Below are positions 62,601 to 64,000 of a stretch of 64,000 nucleotides of DNA, one piece after another. How positions within the stretch are numbered: the stretch's first letter is position 1; the number at the start of each line of letters is the position of its first letter. The notes under the pieces were generated by a model. The model saw only the letters and a list, made by a program, of their open reading frames with translations. It searched no databases and was not told the DNA's origin. The position numbers were made by a program, and so were the translations under genes. Source of the stretch: Eledone cirrhosa (taxonomy: Eukaryota); NCBI GenBank assembly GCA_964016885.1, contig OZ024744.1, positions 125,426,001 to 125,490,000 on the forward strand, in the 5' to 3' direction.

Positions 62601-64000
62601 TGCGAAAGAACGTTTGTCGGTGGTAGTAGCAAATATTCGAACGAGACATTCGTATGCGAAAGAACGTTTGTCTGGAAGTGGCGATCCATGCCCGGTGGAT
62701 AGTTGGTTCCGGGTTTTACTATGATTGTTGCAAAACAGAAACTTAAAGGGATTGACAGAATTTGCGATTCCGGAGAGAGGGCGATCCGTCTGCTTGATTC
62801 CGATAACGAACGAGACATTCGTATCCGAAAGAACGTTTGTCTGGAAACTGGTGAGTCAGTGAGTCGAAAAAAAAATATCTCGGTGGTAGTAGCAAATATT
62901 CGAACGAGACATTCGTATGCGAAAGAACGTTTGTCGGTGGTAGTAGCAAATATTCGAACGAGACATTCGTATGCGAAAGAACGTTTGTCTGGAAGTGGCG
63001 ATCCATGCTCGGTGGATAGTTGGTTCCGGGTTTTACTATGATTGTTGCAAAACAGAAACTTAAAGGGATTGACAGAATTTGCGATTCCGGAGAGGGGGCG
63101 ATCCGTCTGCTTGATTCCGATAACGAACGAGACATTCGTATCCGAAAGAACGTTTGTCTGGAAACTGGTGAGTCAGTGAGTCGAAAAAAAAATATCTCGG
63201 TGGTAGTAGCAAATATTCGAACGAGACATTCGTATGCGAAAGAACGTTTGTCTGGAAGTGGCGATCCATGCCCGGTGGATAGTTGGTTCCGGGTTTTACT
63301 ATGATTGTTGCAAAACAGAAACTTAAAGGGATTGACAGAATTTGCGATTCCGGAGAGGGGGCGATCCGTCTGCTTGATTCCGATAACGAACGAGACATTC
63401 GTATCCGAAAGAACGTTTGTCTGGAAACTGGTGAGTCGAAAAAAAAATATCTCGGTGGTAGTAGCAAATATTCGTATGCGAAAGAAAAGATCTCGGTGGT
63501 AGTAGCAAATATTCGAACGAGACATTCGTAGGCGAAAGAAAAATATCTCGGTGGTAGTAGCAAATATTCGAACGAGACATTCGTATGCGAAAGAACGTTT
63601 GTCGGTGGTAGTAGCAAATATTCGAACGAGACATTCGTATGCGAAAGAACGTTTGTCTGGAAGTGGCGATCCATGCCCGGTGGATAGTTGGTTCCGGGTT
63701 TTACTATGATTGTTGCAAAACAGAAACTTAAAGGGATTGACAGAATTTGCGATTCCGGAGAGAGGGCGATCCGTCTGCTTGATTCCGATAACGAACGAGA
63801 CATTCGTATCCGAAAGAACGTTTGTCTGGAAACTGGTGAGTCAGTGAGTCGAAAAAAAAATATCTCGGTGGTAGTAGCAAATATTCGAACGAGACATTCG
63901 TATGCGAAAGAACGTTTGTCGGTGGTAGTAGCAAATATTCGAACGAGACATTCGTATGCGAAAGAACGTTTGTCTGGAAGTGGCGATCCATGCTCGGTGG
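59674..64000 (+). repeat. rRNA-mosaic tandem array, copy 2: at least 13 monomers (263-467 bp), truncated by the window end
   Basis: Same monomer with a different copy number and sub-repeat composition. Confidence 0.93.

Overview
Eukaryotic (animal) repetitive DNA. It has (TTAGGG)n-type tracts, and its SINE and RTE families look cephalopod/octopus-like (recognition only, not searched). The window holds two near-identical head-to-tail copies of a ~32.0-kb unit: position 1 recurs at 32002. Each unit looks like a heavily remodelled ribosomal-DNA repeat. It has a ~26-kb spacer of decayed retroelements, MITEs, SINEs, mini/microsatellites, a palindromic Helitron-associated satellite and one 5'-truncated CR1-type LINE with an uninterrupted 921-aa EN+RT ORF. 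Next come 172-bp promoter-like repeats, an ETS-like leader and the first ~185 nt of 18S rRNA. Where the rest of 18S, ITS1, 5.8S, ITS2 and most of 28S should be, there is a 3.4 to >4.3 kb tandem array of a ~317-bp monomer stitched from short conserved 18S and 28S motifs. The last ~350 nt of 28S follow, with an altered sarcin-ricin loop. The unit cannot make a ribosome but keeps both mature rRNA ends. It is a candidate rDNA-derived, possibly Pol I-transcribed, multivalent non-coding RNA gene array. No host protein-coding gene is supported.
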